Below the pieces are notes generated by a model. That model was not told the DNA's origin and did no database searches. It saw only the letters and a program-made list of their open reading frames with translations. This document shows positions 25,300 through 34,444 of a stretch of DNA of 63,646 nucleotides, one piece after another; within the stretch, counting starts at the first letter, position 1, and every line of letters begins with the position of its first letter. The stretch is from Planctomycetota bacterium. GTDB taxonomy: Bacteria; Planctomycetota; Planctomycetia; Pirellulales; Lacipirellulaceae. The stretch lies in the NCBI GenBank assembly GCA_022614705.1, contig JAKEIB010000030.1, positions 1 to 63,646 of the forward strand, written 5' to 3'. A program made the position numbers and the translations under genes.

Positions 25300-26210
25300 C
25301 GCGCCACGTTCCTTTCCGCCTTCGTCGCACCGCTAGTTTTTGCGGCGTCGTTTTCGCCTTGCTTGCCCTCCGTCTTGCTCCCTGCCCCCTGCCCCCTGCT
25401 CCCGGCCTCCTTTTTCGGCTGCAAAATCAGCCGCACGGGCGCCCCCAATGGCGGAATGCGCTCGGTGAACGCCTCGAACGCCAATTCCATGTTCGCTTGC
25501 GAACTGTGCACCGGGACATCGAGCATGGCCGTGCTGAAATTCGACACGCAGATAAAATCGCCGCCCTCGGCTTGATAAAACTTCTTACCCGTCTCCTCGT
25601 CCGTCCAGAACGAGCTGCCGGCAAACACGAACGGATGCGCCATGGTCTTTTTTGTGTTGATGTCTTTGATCCAATCCTGTGCCTTGGCCGTGTGCTCCTT
25701 GCCGTGCTCGTCGACCCACTGCACCGTCACGTCGATCTCCGTGCCCGTGGGTGGTCGATATTTGGGAACAAACTGCGCGGGGCGGCCCGTCTCGGCGCCG
25801 AGCGAAAGCAGCGCCGCATGCACCAAAAAAGCCTTGGTATTGGCCGACACCACGGACTCATGCTCCTTGGTGTTGCGAGTGCAGGCGAACATTTCCAGCA
25901 TGCCTTCGCGCAGCGAGACCTGCCCATCGACGATCACAACCTGTTTCTTGGGATCGACCCACACGTCGTAGTCGCGCGAGAGACGCTTCGCGCCTTTGGG
26001 CTCCGGCAACTTTTGCGCGGGCGCCGGCTTGCTTGGGGCAGCGTCGGTCGCGGCCGCATTGGCATTCTTGGCTGCCGCTTTCCCAGCGGCCTCTTTCGGC
26101 GCGGCGTCGTCGGCGCGCACCTGAAGCGATTGAGTCGCTAGCCACACAATCGTCGCAAGCGTCGCAATGACCGTTGCCGCCGCGTCGGCATGCAGTGTTC
26201 CTCGCTTCAT
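25296..26210 (-). CDS. YdjY-like domain protein (secreted or anchored)
   Basis: N-terminal hydrophobic anchor and a Lys/Ala-rich linker, then GMLEMFACTRNTKEHES...GGDFICVSNFSTAMLDVPVHSSQANMELAFEAFTERIPPLGAPVRL. Its stop overlaps the usp start (ATGA). I recall this pattern being annotated as a YdjY domain. Confidence 0.6.
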   Translation of the reverse strand: MKRGTLHADAAATVIATLATIVWLATQSLQVRADDAAPKEAAGKAAAKNANAAATDAAPSKPAPAQKLPEPKGAKRLSRDYDVWVDPKKQVVIVDGQVSLREGMLEMFACTRNTKEHESVVSANTKAFLVHAALLSLGAETGRPAQFVPKYRPPTGTEIDVTVQWVDEHGKEHTAKAQDWIKDINTKKTMAHPFVFAGSSFWTDEETGKKFYQAEGGDFICVSNFSTAMLDVPVHSSQANMELAFEAFTERIPPLGAPVRLILQPKKEAGSRGQGAGSKTEGKQGENDAAKTSGATKAERNVAR

Positions 26211-26356
26211 CGGAGTGCGTTCCTTTCGTAGAGAATCACGGAAACGCAACGCCTTTTGCGCACGTCGCCGCTCAACCCTCGACCCTCCACCTTCCACTCT
26301 GTAAGATACCGTCACCGCAGGTGGTCGTCGATCTAGCTTGAGGATTTATAGACATC

Positions 26357-28177
26357 ATGGCCGTCGCACTCGATGAACAGTCAACCAAGCTTTTGCGCCG
26401 TCTTCAGCCGATTTGGCACGACAGCGCGCCGCGCCGCGTTGTCGACGAAACAATGGCCGATGACCCGCTCGGCAACTGGACCGCGTGGCAAAAACATTTG
26501 GCACGGCGAAAACGGCCGGCTGCAACTCTGTTTCTTGGTGGCAAGAAACCGCCCCTATTGTGGGGTTGGCCCGATGCCTGGCGGCGCAACGAGATTCAAG
26601 CATTTCTCGCGGCGCGAAAACGCAACGACCGGTTCGGCCTCGAAGGAGCGGCCGCCCGGTTCTTATTGGACGATGTCGCGGCGGCCCCCGACTTGCCCAC
26701 TTCGCTGCAAATCGTGGCGCTCGCCTACGCGTTGCCCGACATCAGTGCGACGGCGAGCGCGGAAATCTGGTGGCGCCTCGTCGAACGAATACTCGACCTT
26801 GCGAGCGATGGGCAGCAGCATCGCGTCGATTGGCCGGCCGACCCGCGCGACGTCGTGCGGCAGCAGCTCGTAGCCGGCGAGTTGCCGCTCGCGCTGGGTT
26901 ACTTGTTCCCGGAAGTCCGCGCTCTGCGAACTCTCCGCAAAACGGCCCGCTCGGTGCTCACAGAAGGTCTCCTTGAACTGACCGACGGACAAGGCCTGCC
27001 GCACGCGCGGCTGTTGCCCGTGCTCGGTCCGCTGTTCGCATGCTGGACGCGCGCACGTTGGCTCGGCGCGCGGCTAAAGAATGGCGCCTGGTCGCCCAAA
27101 GCCGAGGTACAATACGAATGGCTCGTGCGGAACGCGTTGCGCCTGGCCGACAAGGATGCGCGTTTCCTACTGACAAGCGGGGAAGACACGTCGCCCGCGT
27201 GGACGAACGACATGCTGGCAATGTCGCTCGAATTGGCGGGCGACGGCCGCGACTGCGCCGCGGCGGCCACGGCGGTTTCACGGCGCGTTGTGCCCAAGAA
27301 AGCCAAGTTCGACATCGACGACCTTCCAAATGCTTCGCTTAATTCAGATTGGTCGGGCATCGCGGTGATGGCCAACGGCTGGTCGCAACACGACGTGCGG
27401 CTTGCCGTCGCCTATGCCGATGATCCGCTGCGCATCGAGCTATCTGCCGAAGGCGATCGATTGCTCGCCGGCGACTGGACGAGCGAAACCCTGTGCGACG
27501 GCGCGCCGGTCGCGGTCACCGGTGAGTGGGAACGCCTCTGCTGGGAATCCAGCAAACGATACGCGTTTCTCGAGCTTGGCATCGAGCTGTCGCACGGTTT
27601 GCGACTTGAGCGACAGTTGTTATTAGGGCGCGAAGATCGCGTGCTATATCTAGCCGACATCGTGGTCGCGGCAGACGGCGCCCCGCGACGGTTGCGACAC
27701 GCGATGAAGCTGCCGCTCGATGCGAGCGCAGCGTGGCGACCGGAATTCGAAACGCGCGATGGAACGCTCGTCGGTCGCAAGACGCGAGCCGCCGTGTTGC
27801 CGCTTTCGCTCCACGAATGGCGATCCGACTCGCGCGGCGGCGGCCTCGCCGAGGAAGATGGCCAGCTTGTGCTTTTGCAGGAAGCCAACGGCCGCGCGTT
27901 GTGTTGCCCGCTGTTCTTCGACCTTGATAAAAAGCGGGCGAAGAAAGAGCGCACGTGGCGGCAGCTTACTGTCGCCGAATGGATGGAAATTCTGCCGCGC
28001 GACGCGGCGGTCGGCTTTCGCGCCCAATCGGGCCGCGATCAATGGATCTTCTATCGCTCGCTCGGCCCGGTCGGAAATCGCACGTTCCTCGGCCAAAACA
28101 TCGCGGGCGAATTCTCGGCCGGTCGCTTTCTCGACTCAGGCAAATACAAGGAGTGGATCGAGATCGAGGCGGTATAG
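26357..28177 (+). CDS. Hypothetical 606-aa protein (possibly heparinase II/III-like fold)
   Basis: Long clean ORF with protein-like composition. The C-terminal half has a beta-rich pattern loosely resembling heparinase II/III C-terminal domains, but without the His motif. The functional call is weak. Confidence 0.55.
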   Translation: MAVALDEQSTKLLRRLQPIWHDSAPRRVVDETMADDPLGNWTAWQKHLARRKRPAATLFLGGKKPPLLWGWPDAWRRNEIQAFLAARKRNDRFGLEGAAARFLLDDVAAAPDLPTSLQIVALAYALPDISATASAEIWWRLVERILDLASDGQQHRVDWPADPRDVVRQQLVAGELPLALGYLFPEVRALRTLRKTARSVLTEGLLELTDGQGLPHARLLPVLGPLFACWTRARWLGARLKNGAWSPKAEVQYEWLVRNALRLADKDARFLLTSGEDTSPAWTNDMLAMSLELAGDGRDCAAAATAVSRRVVPKKAKFDIDDLPNASLNSDWSGIAVMANGWSQHDVRLAVAYADDPLRIELSAEGDRLLAGDWTSETLCDGAPVAVTGEWERLCWESSKRYAFLELGIELSHGLRLERQLLLGREDRVLYLADIVVAADGAPRRLRHAMKLPLDASAAWRPEFETRDGTLVGRKTRAAVLPLSLHEWRSDSRGGGLAEEDGQLVLLQEANGRALCCPLFFDLDKKRAKKERTWRQLTVAEWMEILPRDAAVGFRAQSGRDQWIFYRSLGPVGNRTFLGQNIAGEFSAGRFLDSGKYKEWIEIEAV

Positions 28178-28186
28178 AATTGAAGT

Positions 28187-28945
28187 ATGACCATCGCCGA
28201 CAATCTCGCGCGCGTTCGTGAACGCATCGCCGCGGCCGCTGAATCGGCAGGCCGTAGCGCCGACGAAATTACGCTCGTCGGCGTCACCAAATACGTCAGC
28301 CCGCGCGAGGCGTCCGAGCTCGCCGCCGCCGGCTGCACCGACCTCGGCGAAAGCCGCCCTCAAGAACTCTGGAGCAAGTACGAAGCCCTCCAGCGAGCCG
28401 GGGCGTCCCCGCCCCCGACGTTCAAGCACGCCGGCGAGTTCGCCCAGCCACAATCGATACGCACATCGCCCGCCATCCGCTGGCACCTTATCGGTCACCT
28501 GCAACGCAACAAAGTTCGCCGCACTTTGCCCCTCGTGTCTTTGATCCACAGCATCGACAACGAGCGGCTACTGGCTGCAATCAATGACGCACAGGGCGAA
28601 TCAGGCAATAATCCCTTGCCTGTCAATGCACTATTGGAAGTAAACACGTCCGGCGAATCGACCAAGTACGGCCTCGCGCCGGATGCGGTTGAACCCCTTT
28701 TAGGCGCCGCCTCGCGATACCCGCACGTCGCGATTCGTGGTCTAATGACAATGGCAGCGCTGGAAGGCGGCGAGACCATCGCCGCGCACAACTTCGCAAC
28801 GCTCCGCGAACTGCGCGACCGATTACGATCAAGCGCACCGAGTTGTGCGAGTCTCGATACGCTCTCGATGGGCATGAGCGGCGATTTCGAAGTCGCCATC
28901 CGCGAAGGAGCAACAATGGTCCGCATCGGCTCGCTACTTTGGTAG
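28187..28945 (+). CDS. yggS: YggS-family pyridoxal-phosphate homeostasis protein
   Basis: LVGVTKY (PLP Lys), WHLIGHLQRNK, LLEVNTSGESTKYG and LSMGMSGDFEVAIREGATMVRIGSLLW. It carries an extra ~25-aa segment before the WHLIG motif. Confidence 0.9.
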   Translation: MTIADNLARVRERIAAAAESAGRSADEITLVGVTKYVSPREASELAAAGCTDLGESRPQELWSKYEALQRAGASPPPTFKHAGEFAQPQSIRTSPAIRWHLIGHLQRNKVRRTLPLVSLIHSIDNERLLAAINDAQGESGNNPLPVNALLEVNTSGESTKYGLAPDAVEPLLGAASRYPHVAIRGLMTMAALEGGETIAAHNFATLRELRDRLRSSAPSCASLDTLSMGMSGDFEVAIREGATMVRIGSLLW

Positions 28946-28984
28946 ATGACAAATTCAATCGTTGATTCGAACCCGTTTCAAAAC

Positions 28985-29047
28985 CTGTAGCTGGGGTCTG
29001 TGACCCCGGCTGATGCAAGCGAACCGGCCTCATAGAGGCCAGCTACA
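28985..29047. repeat. BIME-like element, copy 2
   Basis: ctgtagctggggtctgtgaccccggctgatgcaagcgaaccggcctcatagaggccagctaca. Confidence 0.9.
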
Positions 29048-29117
29048 AAGAGGTATTGAAACTGGCTCTAGACAGAATGTTTTCGTGTCCGTTGTAGTTC
29101 CAAATTCCTATTGATCA

Positions 29118-30254
29118 ATGGATATTCACCGTAATCCAACCCGCTCGGTCCGAATCGGCACGACTACGATCGGCGCCGGCCACCCCATCGCCGTGCAGAG
29201 CATGACGGCGACGCCGACCCGCGACATCGACGCAACGGTCGCCCAGGTGAACGCGCTGGCCGCGGCGGGGGCCGACGTAGTGCGCATCGCCGTCGACAGC
29301 CCGGCGGAGGCCGACGCTGTCGCGGAGATTCGCAAGCGAACAACGGCAAACCTCGTCGTCGATTTGCAGGAAAACTACCGGCTGGCCGAACGATTGGCGC
29401 CGCACGTTGACAAGCTTCGCTATAACCCAGGGCACCTGTACCATCACGAGCGCACGAAACCGTGGCAGGAAAAAGTGCGCTATCTGGTCGATGTGGCGCG
29501 CGACAACGACTGTGCGATCCGCGTCGGCGTCAATTGCGGCAGCGTCGATCCGGATCAGCAGGCCAAGTACGACTCGGCCGACAAACGTTCGCCGATGCTC
29601 GACAGCGCGCTCGACCACTGCCGGCTGCTCGACGAACTCAACTTCACGCGCTACTGCGTGTCGCTGAAAGACTCCGATCCGCGCGATGTGATCGAAGTGA
29701 ATCGCCGCTTCGCCGAAGCCCGGCCGGACGTGCCGCTGCACTTGGGCGTGACCGAGGCCGGCCTGCCGCCGGACGGAATCATCAAGACGCGAATCGCCTT
29801 CGAACAGCTCATCAGCCGGGGCATCGGCGACACAATTCGCGTTTCGCTCACAGTGCCCAACGACCGCAAGCCGGAGGAAATCGCCGCCGGCCGGCAGATT
29901 CTGGACGACATCGCCGCCGGCCGCGTGCGCTCCGTCGTCGATTACGGACTTTCGACGCTCAACATCATCAGTTGCCCAAGCTGCTCGCGCGTCGAGAACG
30001 AGGCGTTCGTCGAGCTGGCCGAAGACGTGAAACGAATGACCGACTACGCGCGCGAGCACAAGATCACGATCGCAGTGATGGGCTGCCGCGTGAACGGCCC
30101 TGGTGAAACCGATGATGCCGACCTCGGCGTCTGGTGCGGACCAAACTACGTGAACCTCAAACGCGGCGGCGAGACGGTCGGGCAATTTAGTTACAACTCA
30201 ATTCTGCCGAAGTTAAAAGAAGAATTGGACTTGTTGATTCAGGGAAAGGAGTAG
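29118..30254 (+). CDS. ispG: 4-hydroxy-3-methylbut-2-en-1-yl diphosphate synthase
   Basis: [33 protein letters not shown], and C-terminal ISCPSCSR...[10 protein letters not shown], which is the Fe-S cysteine triad. Confidence 0.95.
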   Translation: MDIHRNPTRSVRIGTTTIGAGHPIAVQSMTATPTRDIDATVAQVNALAAAGADVVRIAVDSPAEADAVAEIRKRTTANLVVDLQENYRLAERLAPHVDKLRYNPGHLYHHERTKPWQEKVRYLVDVARDNDCAIRVGVNCGSVDPDQQAKYDSADKRSPMLDSALDHCRLLDELNFTRYCVSLKDSDPRDVIEVNRRFAEARPDVPLHLGVTEAGLPPDGIIKTRIAFEQLISRGIGDTIRVSLTVPNDRKPEEIAAGRQILDDIAAGRVRSVVDYGLSTLNIISCPSCSRVENEAFVELAEDVKRMTDYAREHKITIAVMGCRVNGPGETDDADLGVWCGPNYVNLKRGGETVGQFSYNSILPKLKEELDLLIQGKE

Positions 30255-30400
30255 CCGTTCCGAATTCGCTGCCAGTTTGTACGTAGCCGGCATTGGAATA
30301 ATCTTGCGAAGCGCTGCTACAATTAGTAACTTCAAATCGTATACTTACAAATGGAGTGTGCGAATTGTCGGTTTCACCATTTCCACCGATTTGCAAAAAT

Positions 30401-30628
30401 ATGAGTCCTTACGAATTACATGAAGCTATCAAGAAGCAGCCCTTCAAGCCCTTGCGCCTGCACATGAGCAATGGGCGAACTCATGAGGTTCGGCATCCCG
30501 ATGACGCGATCATAGGTGATGAGGTGGTCGCGCTTGGGGTTTATGATGAAGGAGCCGAGTGGCCACGAATTCGGCTGCTGTCGATTATCAATATCAATGA
30601 GGTCGAGCCGCTATCACCGACTCGTTGA
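30401..30628 (+). CDS. Hypothetical small protein (75 aa)
   Basis: MSPYELHEAIKKQPFKPLRLHMSNGRTHEVRHPD... It sits in a visibly less GC-rich patch. No motif recognised. Confidence 0.4.
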   Translation: MSPYELHEAIKKQPFKPLRLHMSNGRTHEVRHPDDAIIGDEVVALGVYDEGAEWPRIRLLSIININEVEPLSPTR

Positions 30629-30638
30629 CAAAGCACCT

Positions 30639-31373
30639 TTACGCCGCGGCGGAGGCGGCGATTTCGTGCGGCAGCAATAAATAATTTGGCCCCAGCTCCC
30701 ACGACGGCGGGCTATGTCGCTCGGCGCTCGTGCAGCGCGTCAGCCGGCCGTATTCAAATTGGAAGATCGCGTAGTTGAGTCTCGCGACGAGGCGGAACAA
30801 CCGCTCGCGATACGCGCGCCGTGGCGTCGACCATTCGAGGAGGATTTCCGGCCGGTCGTCGCGCAGAATTCGCTCCGCGCCGGCCAGCACCTCGGCCTCG
30901 TGATATTCGACGTCGCACTTGATGAATCGCACCGGCCGGAGCTCAGGATGCGCGGCCAGATACTCGTCGATCGTCGTCACCGGCACGTCAAACACGTCCG
31001 TCTGATCGTCGTCGTAACAGAATTCGTCAACGGTCGCGGCGCCCCAATGCTTCCGCGGCCGGTGCATCGGCAGCGTACCGCTCTGCGACGACAGCCCGAC
31101 CGGCTCGATGAGCATCCGGTCGAGGTGAAACGCCTGCTTGAAGTCGGCCAGGTGCCGCGCCAATTCGGGCTGCGGCTCGAAGGCCACGACGCGCGTGCCC
31201 TCGGTGAATCGCCGGTGCATCCAGTAGCTGTAGACGCCACGATGCGCGCCGATGTCCAACACCGAGCCACCGTGAATCCGTCGGCCGAGCAGGAAACGCA
31301 GCTCGGCCCGCTCCGCGCGCCAGCGATAGCGCAGCAAGCGGTGCAGCATGTGAAGCCGTTCGTACAGAGTCAT
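30639..31373 (-). CDS. FkbM-family SAM-dependent methyltransferase
   Basis: VLDIGAHRGVYSYWM (SAM motif I), VVAFEPQPELA and IKCDVEYHEAEVL are typical of FkbM methyltransferases. Confidence 0.8.
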   Translation of the reverse strand: MTLYERLHMLHRLLRYRWRAERAELRFLLGRRIHGGSVLDIGAHRGVYSYWMHRRFTEGTRVVAFEPQPELARHLADFKQAFHLDRMLIEPVGLSSQSGTLPMHRPRKHWGAATVDEFCYDDDQTDVFDVPVTTIDEYLAAHPELRPVRFIKCDVEYHEAEVLAGAERILRDDRPEILLEWSTPRRAYRERLFRLVARLNYAIFQFEYGRLTRCTSAERHSPPSWELGPNYLLLPHEIAASAAA

Positions 31374-31421
31374 GCGAATTGAATCCGTTCAGCTATCAGC
31401 GCGCCGCGCGCGTGCTATATA

Positions 31422-31488
31422 CTGTAGCTGGGGTCTGTGACCCCGGCCTCTACGGGCAACGCAGCCGGCCTCCCAGAGGCCAGCTACA
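31422..31488. repeat. BIME-like element, copy 3
   Basis: ctgtagctggggtctgtgaccccggcctctacgggcaacgcagccggcctcccagaggccagctaca. Confidence 0.9.
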
Positions 31489-31628
31489 ATTTGAGATTGC
31501 CGCAGCGCCGGCTCTCCGGTCTTCTCTTGACCGGCGGCACCCGTGATGGTAACTACGCTGCTCGCGGACATGCTGCGCGCCCTTTCGGGCGCGCGTCACT
31601 CTTCTCCCGACGTGATACGGACAGCACG

Positions 31629-32975
31629 TTGAACCGGTTCGAACGCCTCACCGCTGGCACGCGCACCCGAAAAGGCTTCTTGGTCTTATCGGTCGCCGGC
31701 GCGCTCAAAATACTGTCACTGCTGGCGGCGCCCGCCACCGCACAACGCGTGCAGTTCCCAACACCGGCGCAACCGGTGCAAACGACAAGCCCTTACGGCG
31801 TGTCGCCCCCACCGTTCGCGTCGCCGACCACTGCACCGCCGTCAACGTTTGCCGCGCCGGCATCTCCGGTACCTGCTGCCGCTCCCTACCCGACGACGCC
31901 GTTCACACCGTCGCCTTACGCCGCTCCGGCAGCGCCGTATTCGCCCGCGGCCGTTGGTCCACCGCCGGCGTTCGATCCGTATGCGACGGGAAGCTCGGTC
32001 GCGCCGCCGCCCGCCCTGCCCTACACGTCGACTCCGCCGGCGCCGCCGCCGTTATCGCAACAGCCGCCGCCGTTATTGCCCGAGGGGATGCCGTATACGT
32101 ATCAGCCGGCGCCATATGACGCCATTACGAGCAATGAAGGTTACTGGCAAAAGACGCAACGGTTTTTGCAAGAGCTGAGTTTCGAATACACGTTTCTTTA
32201 CGGAAAGCAATCCGACCCGTCGGACTTTGGACTCCACCGCGTCGAGCTTTCGAGTACGTTTGCGTTTCCGATGTTCTACAACATCGAGACGCCGTTGCTC
32301 GTGACGCCCGGCTTCGCGTTCAACTTTCTCGAAGGCCCGGTGAGTGGCCCGCCGATCATAGGTCCGCCCTTGATGGCCGGCGGCCCGGACTTGCCGCCGC
32401 GCGTGTACGACGCCTATCTCGACTTCGCGTATTATCCCCGCTGCTACGAATGGCTGGGCGGCGAACTCGGCTTTCGCACCGGCGTGTGGAGCGACTTCCA
32501 TAACGTGAACTCCGATTCGATTCGATTCTTGGGCCGAGCGCTGGCGTCGGTGTCGACTTCGCCGAATTTGGACGTCCTGTTCGGAGTCGTGTATCTCGAT
32601 CGCGTGGACGTGAAACTGCTGCCGGCAGGCGGCGTGTACTACCGGCCCACGCCTGAATGGGACATGTATCTCGTGTTCCCCAATCCGAAAGTGCGCACGT
32701 TTCTCACCGCCATCGGCAACACCAAGTGGTACGGCTACGCGGCCGGCGAATACGGCGGCGGTTCGTGGACGGTCGAGCGACAAACCATCGACGACCGCAT
32801 CGACTACAACGACATCCGCGTCATCGGCGGCCTCGAATGGGAAACACAAACGTTCATCCGCGGACACATCGAGCTGGGCTACGTGTGGGATCGCGAAATC
32901 GTATTCGTCTCCGGTGATCCACCGAGTTTCACGCCGGACGATACGATCATGATTCGCGCGGGCGTTGATTTTTAG
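31629..32975 (+). CDS. Secreted Pro-rich protein with C-terminal putative beta-barrel domain (paralog 1)
   Basis: Signal-like FLVLSVAGALKILSLLAAPATAQ, a ~130-aa Pro/Ala/Thr tract, then a domain ending IMIRAGVDF (terminal aromatic). The start is uncertain (TTG 31629). The ORF is open from 31437 but that part is the repeat element. Confidence 0.55.
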   Translation: MNRFERLTAGTRTRKGFLVLSVAGALKILSLLAAPATAQRVQFPTPAQPVQTTSPYGVSPPPFASPTTAPPSTFAAPASPVPAAAPYPTTPFTPSPYAAPAAPYSPAAVGPPPAFDPYATGSSVAPPPALPYTSTPPAPPPLSQQPPPLLPEGMPYTYQPAPYDAITSNEGYWQKTQRFLQELSFEYTFLYGKQSDPSDFGLHRVELSSTFAFPMFYNIETPLLVTPGFAFNFLEGPVSGPPIIGPPLMAGGPDLPPRVYDAYLDFAYYPRCYEWLGGELGFRTGVWSDFHNVNSDSIRFLGRALASVSTSPNLDVLFGVVYLDRVDVKLLPAGGVYYRPTPEWDMYLVFPNPKVRTFLTAIGNTKWYGYAAGEYGGGSWTVERQTIDDRIDYNDIRVIGGLEWETQTFIRGHIELGYVWDREIVFVSGDPPSFTPDDTIMIRAGVDF

Positions 32976-33183
32976 CAAGGAGCAAGGAGCGTGGAGTAAG
33001 GTAAGCCTGGGTTGACTGATAACTGCATCGAACGCGGTTTGCTAGCTTTTCGCGGGTAACGCCTACTCTGTACCCCGTACCAAGTACCCCCTACCAAGTA
33101 CTCCGTACGCTTAACCCGTTACTTTGTACCCGACATCCCACCCTACAATTTCCGACTTCAGATCCGTGCTCCGCGCTCCCTTA
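32975..33183. repeat. Periodic-arm inverted repeat (unit GCAAGGA) spanning the whole intergenic spacer, with an internal GTAC-periodic tract
   Basis: Left arm gcaaggagcaaggagcgtggagtaag (32975-33000). Right arm ccgtgctccgcgctccctta (33164-33183). The inner tract gtaccccgtaccaagtaccccctaccaagtactccgtac lies at 33063-33110. Confidence 0.6.
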
Positions 33184-34265
33184 TGAATCGCCTCCTCATA
33201 CTCGCGTTGTTCATTACGGCCGCCGATGTCTCGCGCGCCCAAAGTCCCTATCCAGCAACGCCGATGCCGCAGCCGGAGTGGGGCGGCCATGTGCTGCCGG
33301 CGCAGGTGCCCTACCAACCAACGATGCCGGGCGAGTTACAGTCGTACCCGACGACCAACGGCGTGGCCCCGGTGGTTATTGATCCGTTTGCAACGCCGAC
33401 GGTCCCCATGCAAGAGCCGCTGTACCCGGTCAATCCGGAGCCGAGCCTGCGCGAATCGCTTACGCCGCCGGACGCGCGCGACGGATTTTTTCAGAAGGCG
33501 AAGTTCCAGGCCACGTGGATTCCGCAGTTCGAGGAAGATAGCCTTGGCTGGACCGATTTGCGCACGGAAGTCGTGACGGCGCTGCCGTTCTTCACGCGCG
33601 AAAACCCGATCATCATCACGCCGAGTTACGAGCTGCATTTTGTTGAAAGCCCGATAGGCATCGACTTGCCGCCGCGACTGCACGACCTTGCAATCGACTT
33701 TCATGTGTTTCGTGTGTTTGCGAATCAGTGGATTGCCGACTTCGCGGTGCAACCCGGTATCTATGCGGATGACCACAGCTTTGACTCCAGCGAGGCGCTG
33801 CGCTTCAATGGGCGCGCGCTCGGCATCTACGCGCCGACGCTCGACTGGAAATGGGTGTTGGGCGTCACCTACGTGAACGGCGGTTGGGCCAAGGTCGTGC
33901 CGGTGGCCGGCGTGGTTTACGAGCCGACCGATGACGTGAAGTACGAGCTGGTTTTTCCGCGCCCGCGCATCGCCTGGCGACTGCCGAGTTCGCCCGTGCC
34001 GGGTCGCGACGAGCATTGGTTCTACGTGCTGGCGGAGTTCGCCAACGCGGCTTGGGCGTTCGAGCAAACCGATGGCACGCCGGACGTGCTCGCCTCGCGC
34101 GATTACCGCCTGCTCATGGGACTGGAGCGCAAGGTCGTCGGCGGTATCTCGTCGCGCGTGGAGCTCGGCTACGTCTTCAACCGCGACATCAAGGTGGCGA
34201 GCATCTCCGGCGACGACATCAGCCTCGATGACTCGATTCTGCTCCGCGCGGGCATCAGCTATTGA
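33183..34265 (+). CDS. Secreted Pro-rich protein with C-terminal putative beta-barrel domain (paralog 2)
   Basis: Signal MNRLLILALFITAADVSRAQ and a shorter Pro-rich tract. The domain is colinear with paralog 1 (DLPPRLHD / DLPPRVYD, LRFNGRALG / IRFLGRALA, YELVFPRPRI / MYLVFPNPKV) and ends ILLRAGISY. Confidence 0.65.
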   Translation: MNRLLILALFITAADVSRAQSPYPATPMPQPEWGGHVLPAQVPYQPTMPGELQSYPTTNGVAPVVIDPFATPTVPMQEPLYPVNPEPSLRESLTPPDARDGFFQKAKFQATWIPQFEEDSLGWTDLRTEVVTALPFFTRENPIIITPSYELHFVESPIGIDLPPRLHDLAIDFHVFRVFANQWIADFAVQPGIYADDHSFDSSEALRFNGRALGIYAPTLDWKWVLGVTYVNGGWAKVVPVAGVVYEPTDDVKYELVFPRPRIAWRLPSSPVPGRDEHWFYVLAEFANAAWAFEQTDGTPDVLASRDYRLLMGLERKVVGGISSRVELGYVFNRDIKVASISGDDISLDDSILLRAGISY

Positions 34266-34270
34266 AAAAA

Positions 34271-34328
34271 GTGTAGACCTCTCGCTCCGCGAGAGGAAAT
34301 CGCGTCTCGCGGAGCGAGACGACTACAC
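34271..34328. repeat. Long imperfect palindrome (GTGTAG...CTACAC)
   Basis: gtgtagacctctcgctccgcgagaggaaatcgcgtctcgcggagcgagacgactacac. It has terminal inverted repeats and two internal hairpins. Confidence 0.8.
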
Positions 34329-34444
34329 CAAATCATACCGCTCCCGGCTTGCAAACCGCCGCGCCGTTGCCGAGAATTGCGGAAACGCCAACTTGGGCGT
34401 TTGGCCTGTAATTCTCAACAAGCGGAGCCTCTACGGAAACAATC

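Noticed and set aside
25029-26141. 370-aa plus-strand ORF (and the similar 24832-25575 ORF) opposite the usp and YdjY-like genes
   Set aside because: It is an antisense shadow ORF with Arg/Pro/Ala-rich composition. The minus-strand genes carry recognisable domains.
28946-29000. tRNA-like T-loop motif gattcgaaccc downstream of yggS
   Set aside because: No acceptor, D or anticodon stems can be drawn around it. The flanks are AT-rich and run directly into a BIME-like repeat. No tRNA gene was found anywhere in the window.
29115-30185. 356-aa ORF on the minus strand opposite ispG
   Set aside because: It is a shadow ORF of a GC-rich gene. The product is Ala/Arg/Val/Asp-rich with no motif, while the plus-strand frame has an unmistakable IspG sequence.
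31437-31628. Upstream part of the 512-aa ORF as coding sequence
   Set aside because: The ATG at 31437 lies inside BIME-like copy 3 and the following ~60 codons are not protein-like. The signal peptide begins after TTG 31629.
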